From assembly GCA_024275995.1 (NCBI GenBank), contig JAJRYB010000022.1:1-61914 (forward strand): a stretch of DNA of 61,914 nucleotides, read 5' to 3'. The notes below the pieces were generated by a model. That model saw only the letters and a program-made list of their open reading frames with translations, had not been told where the DNA came from and made no database searches. Shown one piece after another: positions 27,519 through 37,428 of this stretch (positions are counted from its first letter, which is position 1; the number at the start of each line of letters is the position of its first letter). A program made the position numbers and the translations under genes. The DNA is from Planctomycetota bacterium (GTDB lineage: Bacteria; Planctomycetota; Phycisphaerae; SM23-33).

Positions 27519-28805
27519 TCACTCCAAAGGCTTGATCACCATTCCGGTTGCGAGCTTCGGGTAGAAGTAGGTGCTCTTGTGAGGCATGGACCCGCCGGAG
27601 GATGCGATATCCTGAACAACCGTCAGCGGCGTCGACTGCATGCACACGCCCAATTGCGCCCTGCCCGAACTGCACGCGCGGCGAACCGCCAGGGCGTCCG
27701 GGGTGTACTCGATGGAAAGGTCGTCCGTTCGCCACGGCGTCAGCGCACCGTCGATAATGAGCTTGTGCAGCACGGCGACGTCAAGGCGGCGCCACTGGTC
27801 GGACTCATCGGAGGCGACCTCCTGCATGGCTGCGGGGTTCACCAGGCGAGCGATCCACAACTCCGCAAGCGAGGCGTCCATGAACGCGATTGCCCCTTCG
27901 CCGTATCGTCGCAGAAAGGCGCCGGCGTCGGAGAGGTCCGCGTCGTCCAGGCTGCAGCGCTGCCACTCGAAGTCCGTCGCCGACCTGGCGAGGCGCTCGA
28001 CCGTGAACTCGTCCCTCAACCCGGAGATTATACGATGCGTAGGAAGAACCAGAAGCCCCGGATCGTCGCGCGGAACCAGGGCGAACATAACGAAGTTCGC
28101 CTCGTGGTCGGCGTTGATGCTTCCGGCTGCGAGCAACTCGTCGCGGTAGGCCAGCGCGGTGGTGTAGCGATGATGCCCATCGGCGATGTATGCGGGCGTG
28201 AGCTTCAGAGATGCCTGGATCGTCGCGATCGCTCCGGGATCGTCGAGAACCCAGAGACGCTCGGTCACGCCGTTCAGCTCGCCCCAGATATCCGGCAAGG
28301 TTCGCACGGACGACCAGAGCGTCTCGGCTGCCTCACCGTTGGAATCCTCGTAGAAGGCGAAGATCGGCGACAGTTGGGCGGACGTGTGGCGGGTCAGCTC
28401 GAGACGATCCGCACGAGGTCCGGGAAAAGTGTGCTCATGGGGAATCACGTCCTCACCCAACGGCGTGGCGCGAACGCCGCAGATCATCGCGCGGCGATTG
28501 TAGATCTTGCCCGACCAGCGATACTCCTGCTCATAGGCGTACAGCGCGGGTTTTTCGTCCTGGCGGAGCGTTCCGTCGGACTTCCATTCGCCCAGCACCC
28601 ACGCGGAGTGCTGATAGCCCTTGAGAGGACCGGCCTGGTCCGGTGGAAAGTGAGGCAGGTCGATCGCGACGATGTTTTTGGGATCGCGAGCGAGAAGCGC
28701 GTTGCGATCTTCGGCGTTGATCACGTCGTAAGGCGGGGCGATGTTCAAACTGACGTCGCTCGCCTTACCCGGAAACCGCCAGCCACGGAACGGCCTGATG
28801 TCCAT
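27519..28805 (-). CDS. DUF1015 family protein
   Basis: IRPFRG, APPYDVI, PHEHT, YIADGHHRY, MPHKSTYFYPKL. Confidence 0.9.
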   Translation of the reverse strand: MDIRPFRGWRFPGKASDVSLNIAPPYDVINAEDRNALLARDPKNIVAIDLPHFPPDQAGPLKGYQHSAWVLGEWKSDGTLRQDEKPALYAYEQEYRWSGKIYNRRAMICGVRATPLGEDVIPHEHTFPGPRADRLELTRHTSAQLSPIFAFYEDSNGEAAETLWSSVRTLPDIWGELNGVTERLWVLDDPGAIATIQASLKLTPAYIADGHHRYTTALAYRDELLAAGSINADHEANFVMFALVPRDDPGLLVLPTHRIISGLRDEFTVERLARSATDFEWQRCSLDDADLSDAGAFLRRYGEGAIAFMDASLAELWIARLVNPAAMQEVASDESDQWRRLDVAVLHKLIIDGALTPWRTDDLSIEYTPDALAVRRACSSGRAQLGVCMQSTPLTVVQDIASSGGSMPHKSTYFYPKLATGMVIKPLE

Positions 28806-28946
28806 GTGAGTCTCCTAAGGTCAGGCGGATACATTACCGTCGTCGCGTGGATGAAAAAACCGGAAAACGTGGAAAATTTCACAATACCGCTGGGGTATTT
28901 CACAGCGATTGTCCGATGTAACTCGAATACTCGAAGGAGCGAATGA

Positions 28947-30353
28947 ATGAAGCAACGGAAGCACACCGCAGTATTGGTATTGACGCTACTGGCTGGTATC
29001 GGTTCCCAGGTCGCGCTGGCCGGGACGCCTGAGGCGAGCGCGAAGTCCGAGAATGGAAAGCTGCGCCATCGCGTGGCGAAGCTGGAAAGCACCGTCGCGG
29101 AGTTGAAGGACCTCGTTCTCCGGCAAGCCGATATGCTCAAGCAGGCCAATACCCGTAGCGACAAGCTCGCGGGCGTCCAGCAGCGCTACGAGATGCGCAA
29201 GATCATGCTCAAGGACGCCGAGAAGCACCAGGCCAACAACCCGGGCGCCTTTGCCGTATGGTCGAACCTCGGCATCCAGCTCTACGGAAAGGTCAAGTTG
29301 GACGCCTCGTTCGACACGTCACGCACGTCCACGGGCGATTTCGCCAGGTGGGTCAATTCCGAGGACACCAACCACGACGACGGCCAGTTCAACATGACCG
29401 CCAACGAGACTCGCCTCGGTATGAAGATCACCGGACCCTCGTCCGATATCGTCAAGACCAGCGGACTCATCGAGGTGGATTTCTACGGCGGCAGCGCCGA
29501 AAACTCCCCTCACCCCCGGATGCGCCATGCGTACATGAAAATAGAATGGCCCAGGGAACGGTTCAGTATACTCGCCGGGCAGACGTGGGACGTAATCGCG
29601 CCATTGTGGCCCACCACGTTGAACTACTCCGTCCAGTGGTGGGCGGGCAACATTGGCTTCCGTCGCCCGCAAATCCGCCTGACCAAGAGCATCCGCCTGG
29701 GTGACAGCGTGGACATGAAACTTGAGGGCGCGCTTACGCGAACGCTGGGCGATACGACGGGCTTCGATCCGGGCGACACGGGCGAGGACGCAGGCTATCC
29801 CGGCGTACAGGGTCGCGCGAGCTTCACGTTCCCGCTTTTCGGCGGTCGCAAAACCACCGTCGGAGCGTCGGGACATTTCGCCGGTGAGGAGTACGACAGG
29901 GACGCTGCCGGCGGACATAGCGAAACGTACACGTGGTCGGCGAACCTCGATATCACCTGCCCCGTCACCGATTGGCTCACGATCAAGGGCGAGATATTCA
30001 CCGGGCAGAACCTCGACACGTACGTCGGAGGCATCGGGCAGGGAGTCGACGTGGACGGCGGCGTAACCGAACTGCGAAGCAGCGGCGGATGGATAGCTGC
30101 AAGCCTCGGGCCGTGGGACAAGTGGCGGTTCAACCTCGGCATCTCCGGCGAGATGATCGCCGATAGCGACTTCGACAGCGTCGCCGGACAAAGCGCCAGA
30201 ACGTGCAACAGCACGATCTTCGGAAACGTGCTCTACCAGGTGAACAAGAACACCACCGTCGGGCTGGAAGTCTCCCGATGGTATACCGAGTACAAGAACC
30301 TTTCCGCCGGCGACAGCATCCGCGTGCAGGGTTCACTCATTTACAGTTGGTGA
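28947..30353 (+). CDS. DcaP-like outer-membrane porin with N-terminal coiled coil
   Basis: Signal peptide, coiled coil, QLYGKVKLD, ETRLG, IEVDF, RMRHAY, LAGQTW, RRPQIR, C-terminal aromatic YSW. Confidence 0.75.
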   Translation: MKQRKHTAVLVLTLLAGIGSQVALAGTPEASAKSENGKLRHRVAKLESTVAELKDLVLRQADMLKQANTRSDKLAGVQQRYEMRKIMLKDAEKHQANNPGAFAVWSNLGIQLYGKVKLDASFDTSRTSTGDFARWVNSEDTNHDDGQFNMTANETRLGMKITGPSSDIVKTSGLIEVDFYGGSAENSPHPRMRHAYMKIEWPRERFSILAGQTWDVIAPLWPTTLNYSVQWWAGNIGFRRPQIRLTKSIRLGDSVDMKLEGALTRTLGDTTGFDPGDTGEDAGYPGVQGRASFTFPLFGGRKTTVGASGHFAGEEYDRDAAGGHSETYTWSANLDITCPVTDWLTIKGEIFTGQNLDTYVGGIGQGVDVDGGVTELRSSGGWIAASLGPWDKWRFNLGISGEMIADSDFDSVAGQSARTCNSTIFGNVLYQVNKNTTVGLEVSRWYTEYKNLSAGDSIRVQGSLIYSW

Positions 30354-31314
30354 CACCGGCGTTCGGCGGCGAAAGTTTTCTTCCATCGTCGTCGTCGCGT
30401 GGATGTCTGCGGAAATCCTCGCAGAGGTCTTTCATGATCTCCTCGACCATCCGGCGTAATTCCCGGCGGAGTTCCATCTGCTCACGCAGAGGCTCGTGGA
30501 GCCTGCCGAACTCACGCGGCGGCAACGACCAGAATCCGCCTTCTCGCATCGACAGGTTGAATCGGCGATACACCTTCCACGCCGCGGGGTCTTTCTCGCG
30601 AAGTTGCTTTTCGCTTTCGTAGCTACGGGTCTCGGTCTTTGCGCCGTCGTCGGTCTCGCGCGTTTTGCGGACGGTGATCTTCCCGTCCTTATCGCGGTCG
30701 ATTTCCGTGGTTGTGCCGTCCTCGCGAACCCGGATCTTCACGGATGTTTCGGCACGCTGCCGCCGGCCTTCGCCAAAACTCCGCAGCTCGTCGGACAGTC
30801 CGTCGCCGTCGCCGAACGGTCGCACCGTCCATCCGGGTCCCATCCTGCCACCGTCGCGAAGGTGAAACCGGCCGAACGGCGAATCGCCCGCGTCGTCATA
30901 TTTCAAGACGATCTTCTCGCGCGGCATGGGTTTTGCCAGGCGGAGCTTAACGGTCTTCTCGCTCGCCTTGCGAACGATCCTCAGCTTCACCGTTTCGCCC
31001 GGACCCCGGCTGCTTATTTTCTTCACCAGCGCCGATATGTCACCGGAGACCTTCTCCTTGTCCACGGCGACGATCACGTCGTAACGGTCCAGACCGGCTT
31101 TATCGGCGGGGCTGTCCTTGGCGACGTTACGAACCATCACGCCCGACTTTTCCAGTTTCAGGTGATGCGCCAATGCCGGTGGTACCTCGCTCAGCATTAC
31201 GCCCATCCAGCCGCGTTCGTGCCGCCGGGTCCCGTCTGCCTTTTGGTCATCGCCCATCAACACGACGGCCGGTAACGCAGCCGCCATCGCAAGAATCAGC
31301 ATCTTCTTCCACAT
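30337..31314 (-). CDS. Exported PDZ-domain protein
   Basis: Signal peptide MWKKMLILAMAAA; GWMGV...GVMVRNVAKDSPADKAGLDRYDVI PDZ domain. Confidence 0.82.
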   Translation of the reverse strand: MWKKMLILAMAAALPAVVLMGDDQKADGTRRHERGWMGVMLSEVPPALAHHLKLEKSGVMVRNVAKDSPADKAGLDRYDVIVAVDKEKVSGDISALVKKISSRGPGETVKLRIVRKASEKTVKLRLAKPMPREKIVLKYDDAGDSPFGRFHLRDGGRMGPGWTVRPFGDGDGLSDELRSFGEGRRQRAETSVKIRVREDGTTTEIDRDKDGKITVRKTRETDDGAKTETRSYESEKQLREKDPAAWKVYRRFNLSMREGGFWSLPPREFGRLHEPLREQMELRRELRRMVEEIMKDLCEDFRRHPRDDDDGRKLSPPNAGVTNCK

Positions 31315-31437
31315 GACGGAGTCTCCCATTTGCAATGTCCGCGATCCGGCGCACGGCCTTCCATGCGCCACCTTCCACTGCTACGTCTCTCGCCGAATCG
31401 GGGTTCGCAAAAACTCCGCGCCCATGCCTCGGTCCGC

Positions 31438-32667
31438 TTATTTTTTCATCGCTTCCTGGAGTGCGAGAACGGCGTAGCCGGTAACCAGCACTTTGGAACC
31501 TTCGTACCACCGATCGGCGCTGTTTACCCACGAACCGTCGTCGCCGACGCGCTTGGCGAGCGTGTTAACCAGTTCCTCCCGCCAGTTATGTTCCTTACCC
31601 TTGAAGTCTCGAATGACCGGCTCGCCCCACGCGCGCAGCGCCTTGGCGTAGACCTGGTAGTAGTAGTAAAGCCCCTGGAGCGATTTTTCCTGCGGCATGT
31701 TGGGGTTGCTGTCCAGCCGCCAGTGTCGGCGTATCCAGTCGAAGGCGGCGCGCACGCGCGGATCGGCGCGATCGACGTTGGCGTGCAGCATGCTCTTGAA
31801 GCCCATGTAGGTCATCGACCCATAGCTGCGAAGCCCCCTGCCACCCGGAACCGCTGCTCCCGCCTTGGATTCGCCCATCTTCAGGTTGTCGCGCAGGGCG
31901 GGAGCATAGACGAACCCGCCGTCGTTAGGACCGGCGACCGCCCACGCGGAGGCGTTCTTCTCGGTGGAGTTCTGCGTTCGCGTGACGAAGGTGAGCACTT
32001 CCTGCATGTCGGGATCGTCGCCCTTTATGCCCGCCTCGTGCATCGCCTGGACCCACATCCCGACGTTGCTGAGGTCAGGTCGCCCATGTTTACCGTAGCT
32101 CACGCCGCCGCGCATCGGGTGATCGGCCCCTATCTCCGCGCCGCGCGGCCCCTTCGATCCGGGTCGGATAATCAAACCGCGCAGGTATCCGATCGCCCTG
32201 CGCTTCGCCTCGTTGAATCGCGGATCGCCCGAAGCGGATATCGCCATCAGGGCGATGGAGGTCGTGTAGTTCTCCAACCCTTCCTTCGGGTCGTATATCC
32301 CCCCATCGGGGCGCTGGTAGCTCAATAGCACATCGAAGCCCCTCTTCACAGCGGGGTGACTGGTATCGTAAGAGGGATGTTGCACGAGCACCTTGAGCAC
32401 TATCCCCGTAGCTGCGGGCCTTGCGCCGGGACCGATCCGCCACCCACCGTCCGCTTCCTGCTCGCTCAGCAGGTACGCCAGGCCGGAGTTGATGAGCCTC
32501 TGGGCGGTCTCGACGTGCGCCGCGTCCATATCGCTCGTCAGCGCCGGCTGGGACGCCACGGGCTTATCGTCGCGGCGCGGCGTCTCGCGGTCGGGCGAAG
32601 TCTTCTTCGGGCAGCCAACGATTGCCGCCAGCGAAACAATCAGTACGAATGAAAATATCCTGTGCAT
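31438..32667 (-). CDS. Prenyltransferase/squalene-oxidase (QW) repeat lipoprotein
   Basis: RBS CAGGAG; lipobox IVGC; YLLSEQEADGGW, LLSYQRPDGG, DGGFVY, DDGSW repeats. Confidence 0.8.
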   Translation of the reverse strand: MHRIFSFVLIVSLAAIVGCPKKTSPDRETPRRDDKPVASQPALTSDMDAAHVETAQRLINSGLAYLLSEQEADGGWRIGPGARPAATGIVLKVLVQHPSYDTSHPAVKRGFDVLLSYQRPDGGIYDPKEGLENYTTSIALMAISASGDPRFNEAKRRAIGYLRGLIIRPGSKGPRGAEIGADHPMRGGVSYGKHGRPDLSNVGMWVQAMHEAGIKGDDPDMQEVLTFVTRTQNSTEKNASAWAVAGPNDGGFVYAPALRDNLKMGESKAGAAVPGGRGLRSYGSMTYMGFKSMLHANVDRADPRVRAAFDWIRRHWRLDSNPNMPQEKSLQGLYYYYQVYAKALRAWGEPVIRDFKGKEHNWREELVNTLAKRVGDDGSWVNSADRWYEGSKVLVTGYAVLALQEAMKK

Positions 32668-32766
32668 GATTTTCTCCTGAAATAGATTGCCAATTAAACC
32701 AGTGAAGTAAACGCACGTCCGACACGAAAGTTGCATGTTTTTTCGTCGGAATCATCGAGCACGTTC

Positions 32767-33666
32767 TCAATCGCGGCGCCAGGCGACGAACAACGTCAGC
32801 GTCATTATCTGCATCGTAGCGGATACTATCGCCCAGACGATCGCGCCGCGCATGTTCCCATAATACATCTGCACGAACGTTATCAGCACGCCCAGCAGCG
32901 TCAGCACCTGCGTCAGCGCGCCGAGCATCCGCGGGAGGCTGAACGTCTCCGTTTTTTTGCCGGGGGCGGTGAGCTTCCGAACGCGATCGAGGATCTCCTG
33001 TTGCACGGGGGAAGCTTCATCCGGCGCTTCGGTCGCCTGCGCCTGAGGCTGGGGGTGCTCGATAGCCTCGTGCAGTCCCGACGAAACCACCGGCTGGCGC
33101 GTCGGCTCGCGAAGGATGACCCTTGCGGCATCGACAAGGTTCCGCACCGTGAAGTCGGCCTGGGCGGATTCTTCGTCCACCTGCCCAGGCGCGTCGGAGA
33201 CCCGCACGCGAACACGGATCGTCCTGCATCCGGCACGCTGGCCTGCCTCGATGTCGCGCGGACTGTCCCCCACCATCCAGCTCTGCGAAAGGTCGATGTC
33301 CAGTTCCCTGGACCCCTGGAGCAGCATGCCCGGCTGGGGCTTGCGAAGATCGGACTCGCCGGCGTACCGCTCGATCGTGCCTTCCGGATGATACGGGCAG
33401 TAATAGATCGCGTCCAGGTGGGCGCCTTTTTCGGAGAGCTGGCGGCGCATCTCCGCGTGAATCTTCTCCAGAGTTTCTTCCGTAAGAAGCCCACGCGCAA
33501 TGCCGGACTGGTTCGTCACGACGACGATCTTATACCCTGCCTGGGAGAGCGACTTGAGCGCCAGTTCAACGCCGGGAAGAAGTTTCACCGCCTCCGGGGC
33601 GCTTATGTATCCGGGATCCTCTATGAGTGTGTGATCCCGATCGATGAAAACGGCCTTGTTCGACAT
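32767..33666 (-). CDS. gmhB: D,D-heptose 1,7-bisphosphate phosphatase-like HAD-IIIA protein with C-terminal TM extension
   Basis: FIDRDHTL, VTNQSGIARG, YYCPYHP, RKPQPGM, WMVGDSPRD; next to hldE. Confidence 0.82.
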   Translation of the reverse strand: MSNKAVFIDRDHTLIEDPGYISAPEAVKLLPGVELALKSLSQAGYKIVVVTNQSGIARGLLTEETLEKIHAEMRRQLSEKGAHLDAIYYCPYHPEGTIERYAGESDLRKPQPGMLLQGSRELDIDLSQSWMVGDSPRDIEAGQRAGCRTIRVRVRVSDAPGQVDEESAQADFTVRNLVDAARVILREPTRQPVVSSGLHEAIEHPQPQAQATEAPDEASPVQQEILDRVRKLTAPGKKTETFSLPRMLGALTQVLTLLGVLITFVQMYYGNMRGAIVWAIVSATMQIMTLTLFVAWRRD

Positions 33667-33673
33667 ATGCCCG

Positions 33674-35152
33674 TCAATCCTTATCTCGCGTCTCGACAAT
33701 GCGATCTATGATCTGCGTGGTGCTCATTCCCTCCACCGCCTCCAACGTGAGCACTTTCCCGCCGTAACCTTCGACCACCTCGCGCCCGACGACCTGCGGC
33801 GTGGTCCCGCCTTTTACGAGCAGGTCGGGCTGAAGTATCTCGATGAGCGGTATCGGCGTATCTTCCTCGAAGACCGTTACGAAGTCCACGCATTCCAGCG
33901 CGCCGAGCATTTCCGCCCGCTCCTCGGCGCCGATCACCGGGCGGCCGGGGCCTTTCAGGCGGGCTACGGAATCGTCGGAATTGATCGCGACGATAAGGCA
34001 TGTGCCCATCTCTCGCGCGCGTTTGAGGTATCGAACGTGCCCCATGTGCAGCAGGTCAAAACACCCGTTCGTGAACACCACCGTCTCGCCGCGAGACTTG
34101 CGGAGTTTTATTTCCTCGGCGAGCTTGCCTTGGGAAAGCACCTTGTGCCCGCGAAGCCCGATCATCCGACGAAGCTCGTCCAGCACTTCCTTTCGCTTGA
34201 TCGCCACCACGCCGAACCGCTCGACCTCCAGCGCGCCTGCGACGTTCGCCAGGGCGACCGCCTTTTCGAAATCGCAACCCTCCGCCGTCGCCACCGAAAG
34301 CATCGCCAGCACCTCGTCGCCCGCGCCGGTAACGTCGTAGACCGATCGTGGGCGCGTGGGAATCCGCCGTCCCTCGCCGGATCGTTCCATCAGGAATGCG
34401 CCCTCCCTGTCCAGCGTGATGACCACAGCCTGGGCGTCGGCGCATTCGATGATCGTCGCGGCGGCTTCGGCAAGCGACCTGTCGTCCGTTATGTGGACGC
34501 CGGAGGCGATTTCCGCCTCCATGCGATTGGGCGTAAGCAGCGTTGCGCCGACGTATCGGGAGTAGTCCACATCCCGCGCCGGATCCACGATCACCGGAAC
34601 GTTCGCGTTCCGCGCGTCGGAGATAATCTGCCGGCACAAATCGTCCACCAGCAGCCCCTTGTCGTAATCTTCGATCGCCAGCACATCGCAGCCGGCCAGG
34701 TGGTCTCGCGCCGCACCGCGAATCGTAACGGCGACCTTCTTTGTGATCGCGCCGGACCGCTCGTCGTCGACTCGGAGCATCTGCTGGGGATGCCTCTGCT
34801 GGGCAAGTCCTACGTACCGGGTTTTGACCGTCGTGAAATGATTCTTCAGGCGCAGCAGCGAGGCCGTTTCCGTGCCTGCCGAAACGAGCAGGCGGTTGAT
34901 CTGCTCGCCGGCGTCGTCCATGCCGGTCACGCCGACACAAACGACACTTCCGCCCAAAGCGAGGATCGCCGAGGCAACGTTACCGGCGCCTCCGGCGCGG
35001 GACTCCTCCCGCACGGTCTGCAGGACGGGAACCGGAGCTTCCGGGCTGACGCGCCGGGCGTCGCCGAACACGTAGCGGTCGAGCATGAAATCACCCACCA
35101 GGACCACGCGCGGCGCTCCGAAACCCTCAACGAGTTGGATCAGCTCGTCCAT
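33674..35152 (-). CDS. hldE: Bifunctional heptose-7-phosphate kinase / heptose-1-phosphate adenylyltransferase
   Basis: VGDFMLDRY, SPEAPVP, DVTGAGD (PfkB), FTNGCFDLLHMGH, NSDDSV, VKGG. Confidence 0.94.
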   Translation of the reverse strand: MDELIQLVEGFGAPRVVLVGDFMLDRYVFGDARRVSPEAPVPVLQTVREESRAGGAGNVASAILALGGSVVCVGVTGMDDAGEQINRLLVSAGTETASLLRLKNHFTTVKTRYVGLAQQRHPQQMLRVDDERSGAITKKVAVTIRGAARDHLAGCDVLAIEDYDKGLLVDDLCRQIISDARNANVPVIVDPARDVDYSRYVGATLLTPNRMEAEIASGVHITDDRSLAEAAATIIECADAQAVVITLDREGAFLMERSGEGRRIPTRPRSVYDVTGAGDEVLAMLSVATAEGCDFEKAVALANVAGALEVERFGVVAIKRKEVLDELRRMIGLRGHKVLSQGKLAEEIKLRKSRGETVVFTNGCFDLLHMGHVRYLKRAREMGTCLIVAINSDDSVARLKGPGRPVIGAEERAEMLGALECVDFVTVFEEDTPIPLIEILQPDLLVKGGTTPQVVGREVVEGYGGKVLTLEAVEGMSTTQIIDRIVETRDKD

Positions 35153-35195
35153 ACAGGTCGGAATTCTACTTCCCCGGTCCCACCAAAGCAATCCT

Positions 35196-36251
35196 TCAGG
35201 AAGGCGGGGAAACACCCGCGGCGGCGAGGATATCCCCCAGAAGTTCCGCCTCGCCCTCGACGATGCGCATCTCGACGACGACCTGGTAGATTGGAAGTGC
35301 AGCTAACAGGCCGCCCAGTTTCACAAAATCCTTCTGCGTGGTGACGAGCAGCTCCGCACCATGTTCGCCCGCCAGGCAAGATATCTTATCCAGCAGGGAT
35401 TGGGTGTATTTCGCGTGATCGGCTAGAACCAGTTTTCCCTTCGCAATGGGGTTCAGGTTATATACCGTTTCCGCGAAGGCGTCGGGATTCCCGATTCCGC
35501 AGAACAGGAAGACCTTCCTTCCCGCAAGGGCGTCGGGGGGCAGGTCGGCGCCGTTTTCGTCGATGAGCTTTACGGGCGCATGGGCTGCAAGGTGAATTGA
35601 AGCCTGGGGCGCATATTTCTCGATGCATTCCCTCACCCGGCCTATCGTTGCGGGCGATACGAGTTCCGTGCGCGTTATGACGATCGCATCGGCGTCTTTC
35701 AGGGCGAAGAGCGGTTCGCGCAGCCGGCCGATCGGAATGCAGCATGACCATCGGTTACCGAAGGGGTTCATCGCGTCGATCAGGACGATGTCCAGATCGC
35801 GTCCGATGCGCAGGTGCTGGAATCCGTCGTCCATTACCAGCACGTCCGCACCGTCGGCGACGGCGTGCGATGCGCCCGCAACGCGATCGGCATTTACGAC
35901 GATCGGAGCGCCGGTGAGTTTTTCCAAAAGCTCAGCTTCATCGCTCCTGCCGGCGACGGACTTGTATCCTCGCGTGAGAATGGCCGGCTTTCTACCCGCT
36001 GCTGCGAGCTGGTGGACCACCCAGGCGACCATCGGCGTCTTGCCCGTCCCACCGGTGGTTATGTTGCCCACACAGATAACCGGCGCACCGGCGCGATGGG
36101 ATTTCCGCAGCCCCTTTCGGTACAACCGGCGACGGATGCTCATGATGGCTGAATACGGAAGCACGGCCAGTTTCGCCGCCAGGCGGGCTGCCGCATTGAC
36201 TGGACATTGCCGATGAGAGCTCGTGTTTTTCGTCGGCTTACCGGCATTCAT
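35196..36251 (-). CDS. lpxK: Tetraacyldisaccharide 4'-kinase
   Basis: VGNITTGGTGKTP, LTRGY, MDDGFQH, GRLRE, CGIGNP, DH, TTQKD. Confidence 0.94.
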   Translation of the reverse strand: MNAGKPTKNTSSHRQCPVNAAARLAAKLAVLPYSAIMSIRRRLYRKGLRKSHRAGAPVICVGNITTGGTGKTPMVAWVVHQLAAAGRKPAILTRGYKSVAGRSDEAELLEKLTGAPIVVNADRVAGASHAVADGADVLVMDDGFQHLRIGRDLDIVLIDAMNPFGNRWSCCIPIGRLREPLFALKDADAIVITRTELVSPATIGRVRECIEKYAPQASIHLAAHAPVKLIDENGADLPPDALAGRKVFLFCGIGNPDAFAETVYNLNPIAKGKLVLADHAKYTQSLLDKISCLAGEHGAELLVTTQKDFVKLGGLLAALPIYQVVVEMRIVEGEAELLGDILAAAGVSPPS

Positions 36252-36306
36252 GGGAGTAAAGGATATCGTATCGCCAGACAGGTGCGAAGGAAAGACCGCC
36301 GATCAT

Positions 36307-37230
36307 TCAGCCTGCGGACCTGCCTGCTGCGAGTTCTTCCGCATACGGCAGGCGAAGGCGATGCAGCATGATCGAGGACATGAGAATACACCCCGCGGCA
36401 ACGACTTCCAGGGGTTCTTCCACCATGCATTGGCCCAGGTTGTACGTGTCTCGCAGGCGGACAAAAGCCTTGCTCTCCAACAGCTTCCTGGCGAGGGCGC
36501 CGCTCGTGAGCGCCACTCCAAAAGTAATCACGCCTATCATGAAATACCACGCATAGCTATACCGCAGACACTCGCGCAGATCCCGGGCAAGCGATTTTCT
36601 GCGACGGACCAGGTAGACGGTCACAACTGCCGCCATCACAAGAAGGGTGCACGAAATAATCATGTGCACAAGGTATGGGTTCAACGATCGCTCGTAGGGC
36701 GTCATGTGCCGCGTAAACCGTTCCCAGTAATGCCTGTTGAAGTATGCCTCCGCGCGAAAGAAGCTGCGGGAAAACCATATCTTCCCTCCGAAGAACGGCG
36801 ACATCCATTCCATTTCCCGCATGGCGGCAACGAAACTCAACCCCGCTATTATCACCGCAACGGGACCATGACGCCGCCTCGCCTCCATCCTCACTGCCGT
36901 TATCACCGCCATGATGCACGCGACAAACAACACCGCCGCGGTCGCCCATTCGAGTATCTCGTTTTCCGAGCTGATGCGTCGCAGCGTGCGAATGTCAAGC
37001 CACCAGAAGCTGAGCATTCCGGCAAGATACACCCCTGTCAGAATGCCGAAGAAGATATGCAGCGAGCGATCGGAGGCGAGCAGGCGAACAGCGAGCATCG
37101 CCGCCAGCAGCACTGTAAGAAACAGCAGCAGGACGTAGAACTCCGGGACGCGCGTCAAACGAAGGATGATGCCGGAAAACTCGGCGAGCATACCCCCGGA
37201 GCTGATGACAGAGACAGTTGCGTTTTCCAT
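36307..37230 (-). CDS. Multi-pass membrane hypothetical protein
   Basis: About 7 hydrophobic helices with acidic motifs ENEILEW, REMEW and EEPLE. Confidence 0.65.
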   Translation of the reverse strand: MENATVSVISSGGMLAEFSGIILRLTRVPEFYVLLLFLTVLLAAMLAVRLLASDRSLHIFFGILTGVYLAGMLSFWWLDIRTLRRISSENEILEWATAAVLFVACIMAVITAVRMEARRRHGPVAVIIAGLSFVAAMREMEWMSPFFGGKIWFSRSFFRAEAYFNRHYWERFTRHMTPYERSLNPYLVHMIISCTLLVMAAVVTVYLVRRRKSLARDLRECLRYSYAWYFMIGVITFGVALTSGALARKLLESKAFVRLRDTYNLGQCMVEEPLEVVAAGCILMSSIMLHRLRLPYAEELAAGRSAG

Positions 37231-37362
37231 GGGTGCTCCGATACCAAATGATAAAAAACGCTTGCCGGAAACAGATATGCAGAACCCGCGAACCGCCGGA
37301 CGATACCACAGCCCCCACCCGCAATGCCAGCGCCGAATATGCGATACTTTCCGCGCGTGGTC

Positions 37363-37390
37363 TTGACAGAACCTCCAAACACGATAGAGT
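37363..37390 (+). promoter_or_regulatory. Putative sigma70 promoter for the DMT transporter
   Basis: TTGACA-N16-TAGAGT, 38 bp before the ATG. Confidence 0.4.
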
Positions 37391-37428
37391 CGCCCGGCTG
37401 GGAAGACCCGCGGCCTTTTACCTGACCG

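Noticed and set aside
31438-32667. Squalene-hopene cyclase
   Set aside because: Single domain, lipoprotein signal, and no DxDD motif.
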